Assembly (NCBI GenBank): GCA_026985525.1
Contig: JALSQI010000002.1
Span: 131-64,130 of the forward strand
Direction: 5' to 3'
Source of the DNA: Archaeoglobaceae archaeon
Lineage (GTDB): Archaea; Halobacteriota; Archaeoglobi; Archaeoglobales; Archaeoglobaceae
DNA: 64,000 nucleotides
Part shown: positions 8,488-17,825 of the stretch, one piece after another
Position numbering within the stretch: position 1 is the stretch's first letter
Layout of the letters: every line of letters begins with the position of its first letter
The notes under the pieces: generated by a model
The model's input: the letters and a program-made list of their open reading frames with translations, nothing else
Database searches by the model: none
Told to the model about the DNA's origin: nothing
Program-made: the position numbers and the translations under genes

Positions 8488-9711
8488 ATGCGCCTGTCTG
8501 AAGATATACCAGATGACGTAATTAGAATTGATAGAGAGATCAAACATGACGAGGTAGTTTCTTTTGTAAAAAAAATGGGATACGATAAAACGCCACTAAT
8601 TCTAAACGTAGAAGGTAAAAAAGTAGCTATGAACTTCGTTTCTACGAGAGAAAGGTTGTGTAGATACCTCGGCATAGAGAGAGATCAATTGGCTAAATAC
8701 CTCTCCTCATTAGACTACATAGACTTCGAGGTGGAGGATTTCGAAAGTACCGGCATGAAAAAAAAGCTTGACTTAAAAGATTTACCCATAATTAAGTATT
8801 TTCCAAAAGACGGTGGAAAATACATAACCGCGGGAGTTGTAATAGCTCCTTTCAATGGAAAGTGTAACGCATGCATCCACAGACTTATGGTTAAAGATAA
8901 CAGACTCGTGGCAAGACTTGTAAAGCCAAGACATACGTACTTGCTCTGGGAAAAAGCTATTAGAGAAGGTAGAGAGCTTGAAGTTGCAATAGCAATAGGA
9001 GTACACCCTCTCGTGTTATTTGCTTCAGCGACGAGAGTGCCGGAGGGAGAAGAATTTAGATATGCTAATGCACTACTAAGAGGTAAACTAAAATTATATA
9101 AATATGGAAAATTACTTATACCACCAGCAGAAATAGTAATCTTGGGTAGAATTACTGCAGAAATGGAAAGAGAAGGACCCTTTGTTGACATAACTGGAAC
9201 TTACGACGTAGTTAGAGAGCAGCCAGTCGTAGAAATAGACGAAATACTATCGGTTAGCAATCCTATTTACTACTCCATAACTCCAGCAAGTAGTGAGCAT
9301 CAAGTTTTAATGGGAATACCTTACGAGCCGGTGATATACGAAAGCGTTTCCAGAGTTTGCAAAGTAAAAAACGTAGTAATGAGTAAAGGGGGAATGCATT
9401 ACTTCCACGCAATCGTTCAAATAGAAAAACATAGCGAGGGTGATGGAAAGAATGCGATACTCGCTGCTTTTTCTGCACACCACAGTCTAAAGCATGTAGT
9501 AGTAGTGGATGAAGACATAGATATTTTCAACCCAGAAGACATTGAATACGCCATAGCCACGAGGTTTCAGGCTGATAAAGACCTGGTTATGGTAAAAGGT
9601 GCGAGAGGTAGCTCTCTCGACCCCTCTTCGAAAGACGGAATAACTACGAAACTCGGCATAGATGCAACTATGGATATAACGAGGAGAGAAGCTTTTGAAA
9701 GAGTTAGGTGA
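8488..9711 (+). CDS. UbiD-family decarboxylase, probable anhydromevalonate phosphate decarboxylase
   Basis: 407-aa short UbiD-like protein. Its stop overlaps (GTGA) the start of an aconitase-X large subunit. The function is inferred from this pairing. Confidence 0.6.
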   Translation: MRLSEDIPDDVIRIDREIKHDEVVSFVKKMGYDKTPLILNVEGKKVAMNFVSTRERLCRYLGIERDQLAKYLSSLDYIDFEVEDFESTGMKKKLDLKDLPIIKYFPKDGGKYITAGVVIAPFNGKCNACIHRLMVKDNRLVARLVKPRHTYLLWEKAIREGRELEVAIAIGVHPLVLFASATRVPEGEEFRYANALLRGKLKLYKYGKLLIPPAEIVILGRITAEMEREGPFVDITGTYDVVREQPVVEIDEILSVSNPIYYSITPASSEHQVLMGIPYEPVIYESVSRVCKVKNVVMSKGGMHYFHAIVQIEKHSEGDGKNAILAAFSAHHSLKHVVVVDEDIDIFNPEDIEYAIATRFQADKDLVMVKGARGSSLDPSSKDGITTKLGIDATMDITRREAFERVR

Positions 9712-10838
9712 TTGATTTGTCGGGAGAGGAGTTATGCCTAAAACTTCTTTCTGCAGTAGGAAAAGCTTTTGACGCTAAAAGAATGGTAAAAGTCAAGTCG
9801 GTACATATATCGGGAATATCCTACCAGAACATAGGAGATGCAGGACTTGAGTGGATAGAAGAGCTAAGTAGAACTGCGAAGTTCAAAGTTAGAGCTACTG
9901 TAAATCCTGCAGGAATGGACATAGAGAGATGGAGAGAAATGGGAATAGATGAGGAATTTTACGAAAAGCAGATGAGAATTCTTAACGCCTTAAAAAGAAT
10001 GGGTGCAAAACTCGAAATGAGTTGCACTCCTTACTACTTCGAAAGAGTTAAAATTGGGGATAGAGTTGCTTGGGCGGAAAGCAATGCGGTAATTTACGCT
10101 AATTCCGTTATTGGCGTTAGAACTAATAGAGAGAGTGGAATAACTGCAATAGCTTCCGCTGTAACGGGTTTAACTCCAGAGTACGGGATGCATCTCGACG
10201 AGAACAGAGTTGCAGACTTAAAAGTGAAGTTAGAACTTAAAAGAGAAGGAGATGCGGCAATAGCTGGGTGTTTAATAGGTGAACTCGAGTGTAAAGTGCC
10301 GTACATAGTTACGAGGAAACTAAGAGAGAGTGAAATGAAAGCTATGGGTGCAGCTATGGCTGCTACGGGTGGTAAAGCTATGTTTCACGTAGAAAAACAG
10401 ACTCCTGAGTGGGATTGTTACAAAATTCCAGAGGAAACTGTAGAGATTGGAGAAGAAATAGAAGAGCTTAGAAGAGAAAGGTATCCTGTGGAAAAACCGG
10501 AGCTGATAGCGATTGGATGTCCTCACTGCTATGCTGGGGAAATTATCAAAATTGCTGAATTCGCCAAGAAGGGTTTTAAGATACCTGTATGGGTGTTTAC
10601 TTGTAGAAGGTTGCTAAAAAACGATGTCATAGCAAGAGCTAAGGATTTGATAGAAAAAGGAGGAGGTAAAGTTTTCTGCGATACCTGTATGGTCGTCTCT
10701 CCAGCAACGGAGATGTTTGAAAGCGTAATGGTAGATTCGGGAAAAGCTTTAACGTACTTACCAAAGCTTAGAGGAGTGAAAGCATACTTTGGCAGTTTAG
10801 AAGAGTGCATGAAGGTTGCGATTTCGGGAAAAGTTTAA
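9708..10838 (+). CDS. aconitase X (DUF521) large subunit, probable phosphomevalonate dehydratase large subunit
   Basis: 376-aa DUF521-like protein, operonic with the UbiD homolog. The cognate DUF126 small subunit is at 46224-46628. Confidence 0.6.
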   Translation: MIDLSGEELCLKLLSAVGKAFDAKRMVKVKSVHISGISYQNIGDAGLEWIEELSRTAKFKVRATVNPAGMDIERWREMGIDEEFYEKQMRILNALKRMGAKLEMSCTPYYFERVKIGDRVAWAESNAVIYANSVIGVRTNRESGITAIASAVTGLTPEYGMHLDENRVADLKVKLELKREGDAAIAGCLIGELECKVPYIVTRKLRESEMKAMGAAMAATGGKAMFHVEKQTPEWDCYKIPEETVEIGEEIEELRRERYPVEKPELIAIGCPHCYAGEIIKIAEFAKKGFKIPVWVFTCRRLLKNDVIARAKDLIEKGGGKVFCDTCMVVSPATEMFESVMVDSGKALTYLPKLRGVKAYFGSLEECMKVAISGKV

Positions 10839-10891
10839 AATTTAAAATTAAAAAGTTAAAATTTAAAGTAAAGTTAAAGTAAAGTTAAAAT

Positions 10892-12463
10892 TTACAAAAA
10901 TTCGTCCAAGGTCATTTTTTGTGACTCTTTTTTAGTTTTCTTTCTTTTCTTTTTCTTGCTCTTTTCTTCCTTAGTTTCTTCTTTATCTTTTTTCTCCTCT
11001 CCTTCTTTTAATTCACCTCTTTTTTCAGCTTCTTCTTTTTCTACTTTTTTAACTTCTTTTTTATTAACTTCTTTAAAGAAAAACTCCTCGTCCTCTATTC
11101 TGTGCAAGCCCCTCTCTCTCATGTACTTTAAGATCTCTTCAGCTTTCTTTTTATCCTGCAAGAGAAATTCCAAATCGTCTAAGTCGAAGTCGTAAAAAGC
11201 TGCTACGCTTGCTGCTATCTCAATCTCCTGATTTAGCAGGATTCTTATCAAAGGTAGCATATCAATTGCCTTTCTTTTGGACATGTGACTGTATTTACCG
11301 ATCTTACTCAAAACTCTCCTTAAGGCTTCTCTCTTGCTCTTGGTCTGGAACAACATTTGCCATATAGCAGGCCTTCTATACCTCGTAAATCCTTTCTTCG
11401 CCTCCTTTTTTGCCTGCTGAACCCCACAGGACATTAAGTAAGTTGCGTACCTCCACAACCTGTAGTATTGCCTTCTTCTAACTCTACCAAGAAAGACGTC
11501 TGCTCTCGATAAGTAATCGTAAGCTTCTTCAAGCTCTTTGCCGCTATACTCAAGTGGTAAGTTTTCGTCAATCCATACTATAAAGTCTTCAGGAGATTCA
11601 TCTAAAAGCATTACATCTCCATAAACTGGAATTTTTGTTTTAAAGATCTTCATCATTACTGTAAAAACGTCTAATTCCTTAACTCTCTTGGCAGTAACGA
11701 CATCTTCAACCCTTATTTCTTTCCTACCCTCTGCTATAGCCTGAAGATCGTTTATTGCCGCTCTCAAATCCCCTCCCGCATTAAGAGCTATAGCTTCTAA
11801 TGCTTTTTTATCAGCCTTAATACCTTCCTTAGAGCATATCTTTTCAAGAACGGCTATTATTTTCCTTTTGTCCAATCTCTTGAACTGAATCATCTCACAA
11901 AGATTCCTCAATTCGGCAGAGAGGTTATAAGGGTCGTTAGCCGTTAAAATCATCGGTTGTTTCGGTTTGCTTTTTATAAGCTTTATTAAGGCACCTTCAC
12001 CGCCCAAATCTTCTTTCTTGTGAATGTTGTCAACTTCATCCAAAATTACGAGTTTTAACTTTCCTTCTCTACTCGAATAATACTCGCCCTCACTGCTTAT
12101 GGTTTCGTTAAAAACACCTTCTCCAACTATTCTGTTTATAATTCTCCAGTTTCTTTGATCACTGGCATTCAATTCTACGACTTCCCATCCAAAGCTTCCA
12201 GCTATAGCGTGTGCGAGAGAAGTTTTACCAACTCCCGGTGGGCCAGCGAGCAAAAGAGGTTTTTGAGGTTCTCCCATCTCCCACTTTTTAGCCCACAGCT
12301 TAACTTTGTCTATTATATCTCTTGGGGCTATTACTTCCTCCAGCCTTTTAGGCCTGTACTTTTCAACCCAAAGCTCTCTTTCCATTACGCTTAAATCTCT
12401 AACTTTTAAGGTTTTTAGTTTTTGCTTTCTTTTTTGATTTGCTAAGAATTCGACAAATTTCAA
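10892..12463 (-). CDS. rfcL: replication factor C large subunit
   Basis: WVEKYRPK motif, Walker A GPPGVGKT and DEVD box. The tail is K/E-rich and ends in the PIP-like QKMTLDEFL. The true start may be the MERELWVEKYRPK ATG at 12385. Confidence 0.85.
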   Translation of the reverse strand: MKFVEFLANQKRKQKLKTLKVRDLSVMERELWVEKYRPKRLEEVIAPRDIIDKVKLWAKKWEMGEPQKPLLLAGPPGVGKTSLAHAIAGSFGWEVVELNASDQRNWRIINRIVGEGVFNETISSEGEYYSSREGKLKLVILDEVDNIHKKEDLGGEGALIKLIKSKPKQPMILTANDPYNLSAELRNLCEMIQFKRLDKRKIIAVLEKICSKEGIKADKKALEAIALNAGGDLRAAINDLQAIAEGRKEIRVEDVVTAKRVKELDVFTVMMKIFKTKIPVYGDVMLLDESPEDFIVWIDENLPLEYSGKELEEAYDYLSRADVFLGRVRRRQYYRLWRYATYLMSCGVQQAKKEAKKGFTRYRRPAIWQMLFQTKSKREALRRVLSKIGKYSHMSKRKAIDMLPLIRILLNQEIEIAASVAAFYDFDLDDLEFLLQDKKKAEEILKYMRERGLHRIEDEEFFFKEVNKKEVKKVEKEEAEKRGELKEGEEKKDKEETKEEKSKKKKRKKTKKESQKMTLDEFL

Positions 12464-12470
12464 AGTAACT

Positions 12471-13136
12471 TCAAATCAAATCTACTCCCTTGCCTTTCTC
12501 TATCTCTATACCGAATTCCTCCGTATCGTGTCCCGTTTTCATAGTTTTAAGGACTCTTAGAAATCTACCGTCGCTCCTCATCTCCAAGGATATAACGTTA
12601 CAGCATACCTGCTGTATTGCTATCTCAAAAGCTTTCGTGTGCATACCTTTAACAGCATTGATAACTCCAACACTCCCTCCAGTTCTACACTGCACTTTTA
12701 CCTTCCTGAGTAAATCGTAAGCGTTTCTTTCACCGTAGAGAAAAGCTATTGAAGAAATGGAGTCAAAAACAAACCTCTTACACAAACTTATCTCTCTAAG
12801 AACTTCCGCAATCAAGCCTTCAAAACTTTGTGCACTCGAAAACATGTTAACGAATTTTAAAACCCCTCTTTCTACGAGTTCTTCAACGTTCCAACCGAGG
12901 GATTTCATATTCTCTACTACATCTTCAGGCTGGTTGTCGATACAAAAGTAAACGCTTTTAAACCCTAAGATTGCCTGTTTGTATATAAATTGCTGGCATA
13001 TAACGGATTTGCCCGTACCTACATCTCCCAAAACGAGAACTAAACTTGGAACGACTATACCACCCCTAAGAATTCTGTCCAAGTTTTCAATACCACTTGT
13101 TGTTCTTTCGAATTCTCTGATATTCATTATTATCAT
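12471..13136 (-). CDS. KaiC/RecA-superfamily single-domain ATPase
   Basis: GIENLDRILRGGI followed by Walker A GDVGTGKS. The roughly 220-aa architecture matches archaeal KaiC-like/FlaH-like ATPases. Confidence 0.6.
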   Translation of the reverse strand: MIIMNIREFERTTSGIENLDRILRGGIVVPSLVLVLGDVGTGKSVICQQFIYKQAILGFKSVYFCIDNQPEDVVENMKSLGWNVEELVERGVLKFVNMFSSAQSFEGLIAEVLREISLCKRFVFDSISSIAFLYGERNAYDLLRKVKVQCRTGGSVGVINAVKGMHTKAFEIAIQQVCCNVISLEMRSDGRFLRVLKTMKTGHDTEEFGIEIEKGKGVDLI

Positions 13137-13209
13137 ACTTACTGTGAAAAGGTTGGATAAATAATTTTTGATGCAGAAATATTAAAACTCTCACTTCAGT
13201 TGTTTTAAC

Positions 13210-15444
13210 GTGTACGTAACTCACCCCCTGATAAAAGAGAATACTGTGGAGAGAAGAGCTTACCAGATAGCAATAGCCGCAACTGCTTTAATGTACAACA
13301 CCTTAGTTATACTCCCCACAGGACTTGGGAAGACTGCAATAGCTTTGTTGGTAATAGCATCCAGGTTGCTAAACGAGGGAGGTAAGGCACTCGTATTAGC
13401 TCCAACAAAGCCCTTAGTTGAACAACATGCATCTTTTTTCAAAAGAACGATGAAAATTGAAGAGATAGTATCTCTAAGCGGAGAAGTTAAACCTGAAAAA
13501 AGAGCTGAACTATGGAATAAAGCTAAACTCGTAGTTTCTACACCTCAAGTAATAGAGAACGACCTTATAGCAGGAAGAATTAGCTTAGAAGACGTAGTAC
13601 ACGTGACCTTTGATGAAGCACACAGAGCAGTTGGAGATTACTCTTACGTTTACATCGCAAAGAAGTACTTTGAACAGGCAAGGAAACCGTTAGTTCTGGG
13701 CTTAACTGCCAGTCCCGGAAGCGATTTGGAGAGAATAAGAGAAGTAATAGAGAACTTGAGGATAGAAGCTATAGAGATTAGAACTGAGAGTGACGAGGAC
13801 GTTAAACCTTACGTTCACTCCAGAAAAATTCAGTGGATAAAAGTAGAAATGTCTGAAGAGTTGAAAGAAATAAGAGATTTGATAAACAAAATGATAGAAA
13901 TAAGACTTAAAAAAATTGAAAAACTTGGAATAAAAGCTTCAAATCTTTCAAAAAAAGAGTTATTGGCTTTACAGGAAAGCTTACAAGTTCAAGCTTCTGA
14001 GGAGGAAGAGTTATTTGAGGCGGTATCAATTCTCGCAGAAGTTTTAAAGCTGTACCACGCTTTAGAGCTTATAGAAGTTGAAGGAGTTGAAGCATTAAAA
14101 GAGTACCTTAAAAAATTAATTAGCGAGGGTAAATCAAGAGGAGGGAGTAAAGCCGCAAGGAACATATTAGCTGACCCATATTTTAGAGAGTTGCTGTTAA
14201 AAGTTTCGTCTTGCAAAGCAGAACATCCAAAGCTGAAAAAGCTTGTAGAAGTTTTGAAAAAACAATTCGAAGAAAACCCAGATTCGAGAGTAATCGTTTT
14301 TGCGAATTTTAGGGATACTGCAGAATCGATCGTAAAAAAGCTAAGAGAAGAAGGATTTTCCGTTGAAAGGTTCGTCGGACAGGCTAAAAGAGGAGAAAAG
14401 AAAGGAATGAGTCAAAAAGAGCAAATAGAAGTTATAGAAAAGTTTAGAAGGGGAGAAATAAAGGTACTCGTGGCAACTTCAGTTGGTGAGGAAGGATTGG
14501 ATATACCCAATACAGACCTCGTAGTTTTTTACGAAGCCGTACCTTCTGAAATCAGAGCGATTCAGAGAAAAGGTAGAACGGGTAGAGCGAGAGAAGGAAA
14601 AATAGTAGTTTTGATAACGAAGGGTACGAGAGATGAAGCTTACTACTACGTCAGCAGTAGAAAAGAGAGAAATATGTACCTCAAGCTATACGAGCTGAGA
14701 GAAGAGTTAATGAAAAAGAAAAGAGACTGGTTTTATGGATTAGACAAAGAAACGAAAAGAGAAGAAAAAAAAGAAAAAGAAAGAGTCGAGAAAAAGTATT
14801 CGGGAGTAAAAGTACTCGTAGATTCGAGAGAATCTCAATCTGGAATCGCTAAGAAGCTCTTGGACATGGGTGTAGAAGTAGAAATAAAAAATTTACCAGC
14901 TGGAGATTACGTTCTCAGCGACAGAGTTGCTGTTGAAAGAAAAACTGATAGAGATTTCGTAGATTCAATAGTGAAAAAGGACAGAAATCTTTTTTCTCAA
15001 CTTTTAAGATTGAAAAGCTTGTATTCTAGACCTGTATTGATTATAGAAGGACAAGATGCTGTTAGAATAAATCCCTCGGCGTTTAAAGGAGCTATAGCAA
15101 CTATTGCCGTTGACTTCGGAATACCCGTAATACAAACTAAAAGTCCAGATGAAACAGCAGAATACATAGCTTTAATAGCTAAGAGGGAACAAGTGCTTAG
15201 AAATAGAAAACCTGCACTGCACGATGGAAAAACGAAGAAAAGCCTTAAAGAAATGCAAGAGTACGTAGTTTCTGCAATTTCTAACGTAGGAACTGTTACA
15301 GCTAAAAACTTACTGAAACACTTTAAGACTGTAGAGAGGATAGTTACTGCAAAAGAAGAAGAATTAACAAAAGTTCCAAACGTCGGTATAAAAACCGCAA
15401 GAAAGATAAGAGAATTGGTTACAACACCTTACGATGAAAGCTGA
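13210..15444 (+). CDS. hef: Hef helicase-nuclease (XPF/Mus81 family with N-terminal SF2 helicase)
   Basis: GTG start. Helicase motifs LPTGLGKT, FDEAH, TASPG and RKGRTGR. The C-terminal ERCC4 nuclease motif is GDYVLSDRVAVERKTDRDF, followed by an HhH2 tail. Confidence 0.85.
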   Translation: MYVTHPLIKENTVERRAYQIAIAATALMYNTLVILPTGLGKTAIALLVIASRLLNEGGKALVLAPTKPLVEQHASFFKRTMKIEEIVSLSGEVKPEKRAELWNKAKLVVSTPQVIENDLIAGRISLEDVVHVTFDEAHRAVGDYSYVYIAKKYFEQARKPLVLGLTASPGSDLERIREVIENLRIEAIEIRTESDEDVKPYVHSRKIQWIKVEMSEELKEIRDLINKMIEIRLKKIEKLGIKASNLSKKELLALQESLQVQASEEEELFEAVSILAEVLKLYHALELIEVEGVEALKEYLKKLISEGKSRGGSKAARNILADPYFRELLLKVSSCKAEHPKLKKLVEVLKKQFEENPDSRVIVFANFRDTAESIVKKLREEGFSVERFVGQAKRGEKKGMSQKEQIEVIEKFRRGEIKVLVATSVGEEGLDIPNTDLVVFYEAVPSEIRAIQRKGRTGRAREGKIVVLITKGTRDEAYYYVSSRKERNMYLKLYELREELMKKKRDWFYGLDKETKREEKKEKERVEKKYSGVKVLVDSRESQSGIAKKLLDMGVEVEIKNLPAGDYVLSDRVAVERKTDRDFVDSIVKKDRNLFSQLLRLKSLYSRPVLIIEGQDAVRINPSAFKGAIATIAVDFGIPVIQTKSPDETAEYIALIAKREQVLRNRKPALHDGKTKKSLKEMQEYVVSAISNVGTVTAKNLLKHFKTVERIVTAKEEELTKVPNVGIKTARKIRELVTTPYDES

Positions 15445-15865
15445 ATTTAAGGCGGATGCTAAGTTTAACGCTTATGCGTATTGGAGGTACTACACTAAGT
15501 ATGGAAAAAAAGCCCTAATTCTTTTACTTGTACTTTGGATATCGTTACAAACAATATCTATAACCTTGGCTAAACACTACTGGAAAGAGTGCATATACTT
15601 AGCAATTTTTTGGCTTGTCTATCCAGTAATTGTCCTTTTACCATCTATAATCGCCATCTTGGAACCAAAAACTTACAGAATTACGTATAGAGGTCTTTAC
15701 ATAAACAACGCTTTTCACTCTTGGAAGAACTTTCACTCATATTTTTCAGATGAAAAATATATTTACATCGTAAAAAAACTTGGAAAGTTTAAGGTTATAA
15801 GCGTAATTCTGCCTAAGTGCTTTAGTGAGGAGATAAGCAAAGTTTTTAAATTTCGAGAAACCTGA
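15434..15865 (+). CDS. hypothetical membrane protein
   Basis: 143-aa ORF with two hydrophobic segments. It overlaps the hef stop by 11 nt. No family recognised. Confidence 0.4.
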   Translation: MKAEFKADAKFNAYAYWRYYTKYGKKALILLLVLWISLQTISITLAKHYWKECIYLAIFWLVYPVIVLLPSIIAILEPKTYRITYRGLYINNAFHSWKNFHSYFSDEKYIYIVKKLGKFKVISVILPKCFSEEISKVFKFRET

Positions 15866-15875
15866 TTTCGTGCGA

Positions 15876-15950
<75 letters not shown>

Positions 15951-15990
15951 CCTCAGCTACTGTTTTATAACGCCACCTAATTCTACGACT

Positions 15991-17232
15991 ATGAGCAAAG
16001 TTTTGCTCGTCGTTTTAGACGGTCTTGGAGATAGGCCGATTAACGGAAAAACGCCTTTAAGCGAGGCGAAAACCCCGAACATGGACAGACTTGCTGAGAT
16101 GGGAATAAACGGAATTATGGATACAATATCTCCGGGAATAAGGCCGGGGAGCGACACTGGTCATTTAGCCCTTCTCGGTTACGATCCCTACAAGTACTAC
16201 ACCGGCAGAGGACCGATAGAAGCTGCGGGAACGGGAGTTGACGTTAAGCCGGGAGACGTTGCGTTTAGAGTCAACTTCGCAACTGTTGAAGGAGAAGGAG
16301 AGAGCGTTTTTGAAAAAGTCGTTGTTGATAGAAGAGCTGGTAGGATTAGTGAAACTGACCCCTTAGAAAAAGCGATAAACGAGGGAGTTAAGCTTGAAGT
16401 TGACTTCGTATTTAGGAGAGGTAGTGGCCATAGAGGAGCTTTGGTTTTGAGAAATACAGAAGTAGGACTTTCAGATAAGGTAAGCGATACGGATCCCCAC
16501 AAAGTTGGTGAAAAAGTAAAGAAGTGTAAACCCTTAGAAGATACAGAAGAGGCGAAGAGAACAGCCGAAATAGTAAACTCTTTTATGGAGCAGAGCCACA
16601 GAATTTTAGAAAAACATCCCCTTAACGCAGAGAGAGAGAAAAAAGGTTTACTAAAAGCAAACGCAGTTTTACTTAGAGGAGTTGGAAAGTGCCCGCACAT
16701 ACCTTCTTTTGAAGAAATGCACGGAATGAAGCTCGCAGTTATTGCAGGAACGACTTTGATAAAGGGAATTGGTAGACTACTGAAAGGATACGTACCGGAT
16801 GTCGAGGGGGCTACGGGAAACAAAAACACGAACTTGGAAAACAAAATTAAAGAAACTTTAAAAGCCATAAAGGAATACGATTTCGTTTTACTGCACATAA
16901 AGGCTACTGACGAGTTGAGTCACGACGGTAATTTTGAAGGAAAGAAGGAGTTCATAGAAAAAGTTGATAGAGCGATAGAGCCTTTGCTAAGCCTCGATTT
17001 TGGAGAGGTATGTTTGATATTAACTGCTGACCACTCAACTCCTGTAAAAGTTAAAGAGCACACGGGCGATCCAGTCCCTGTCGTCGTCGTGCACGAAGGG
17101 GTTAGGGTTGATGACGTAAAAGAGTTTTCAGAGCTTAAAGCTTGGAAAGGTGGGTTGTGCAGAATAAGAGGTTTAGACTTGTTCAGAATAGCCCTTGACC
17201 TCGTTGACAGAATGGAAAAGTTCGGAGCTTAA
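15991..17232 (+). CDS. apgM: 2,3-bisphosphoglycerate-independent phosphoglycerate mutase, archaeal type
   Basis: 413-aa protein. The N-terminus VLDGLGDRP and the ADHSTP block are typical of ApgM. Confidence 0.85.
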   Translation: MSKVLLVVLDGLGDRPINGKTPLSEAKTPNMDRLAEMGINGIMDTISPGIRPGSDTGHLALLGYDPYKYYTGRGPIEAAGTGVDVKPGDVAFRVNFATVEGEGESVFEKVVVDRRAGRISETDPLEKAINEGVKLEVDFVFRRGSGHRGALVLRNTEVGLSDKVSDTDPHKVGEKVKKCKPLEDTEEAKRTAEIVNSFMEQSHRILEKHPLNAEREKKGLLKANAVLLRGVGKCPHIPSFEEMHGMKLAVIAGTTLIKGIGRLLKGYVPDVEGATGNKNTNLENKIKETLKAIKEYDFVLLHIKATDELSHDGNFEGKKEFIEKVDRAIEPLLSLDFGEVCLILTADHSTPVKVKEHTGDPVPVVVVHEGVRVDDVKEFSELKAWKGGLCRIRGLDLFRIALDLVDRMEKFGA

Positions 17233-17243
17233 CTTACTCGCCA

Positions 17244-17825
17244 CTACATTACGTGGCTCGGACTCAAAACGAGGACTATTACGAGAGTGATCAATCCTGC
17301 TAAAACCAATCTCAAGCCAGAAAAGATTACGTTGGTCTTTGATATTTTTCCCATGAAAGCTCCAACTACGAATAGCTGAAACAACCCAGTAACGACGGCG
17401 AGGGGGAAAGCTTCGTTAAGTGGAAGAAGAACGTAAAAAGAAAGGGGTATCAATGAAGCAATGATGGGTGAGATTGCGTGAACTGCTGAGCTAACGAGTA
17501 TCGCAAATTTGTGTGCTCTCTCAACGATTCCTCCAACGCTCCTCAACATAGCTCTATCTTTTTCCATTTTCCTCGCGATCTGTTCAACTCTCTCTGCTTC
17601 GTAAGCACCCCATCCACTTGAAATTCCAAGAGCTATTGCCGTAGCGACTCCGGCAGATATTACGATCTTAGCACTCGCATTTCCGCTCAGATAAGCGCCC
17701 ATTATAAGGCCCAAGATCGTCAAAGCCCCGTCGAAGTAACCAATTATGAAGTACCTCCTCGCTATTGGAATTAAGCCAGTCATTCTACAGTAAAGCTTGT
17801 ATAACTCTAATTTTTCTTTTAGCAT
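17244..17825 (-). CDS. VIT1/CCC1-family membrane protein
   Basis: 193-aa polytopic protein with an FDGALTILG motif typical of the VIT family. Confidence 0.55.
   Translation of the reverse strand: MLKEKLELYKLYCRMTGLIPIARRYFIIGYFDGALTILGLIMGAYLSGNASAKIVISAGVATAIALGISSGWGAYEAERVEQIARKMEKDRAMLRSVGGIVERAHKFAILVSSAVHAISPIIASLIPLSFYVLLPLNEAFPLAVVTGLFQLFVVGAFMGKISKTNVIFSGLRLVLAGLITLVIVLVLSPSHVM

Noticed and set aside
10839-10891. Repetitive A/T-only spacer (AAAGTAAAGTTAAAGTAAAGTTAAAA) that superficially looks like a tandem repeat or mini-array.
   Set aside because: It is only about two copies of an 11-mer, in a convergent intergenic region. It is best explained as bidirectional T-tract terminators and low-complexity DNA. 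There are no spacers and no CRISPR-like structure.
16197-16898. 233-aa ORF antisense to apgM. Similar long antisense ORFs occur at 22827-23444 (in valS), 8715-9191 (in the UbiD-like gene), 45172-45633 (in PolD DP1), 59537-59947 and 33002-33316.
   Set aside because: Their translations are low-complexity and rich in S, L, F, T and P. They lack start context and lie fully inside well-supported genes. They are typical shadow ORFs produced by a GAA/AAG-rich sense strand.
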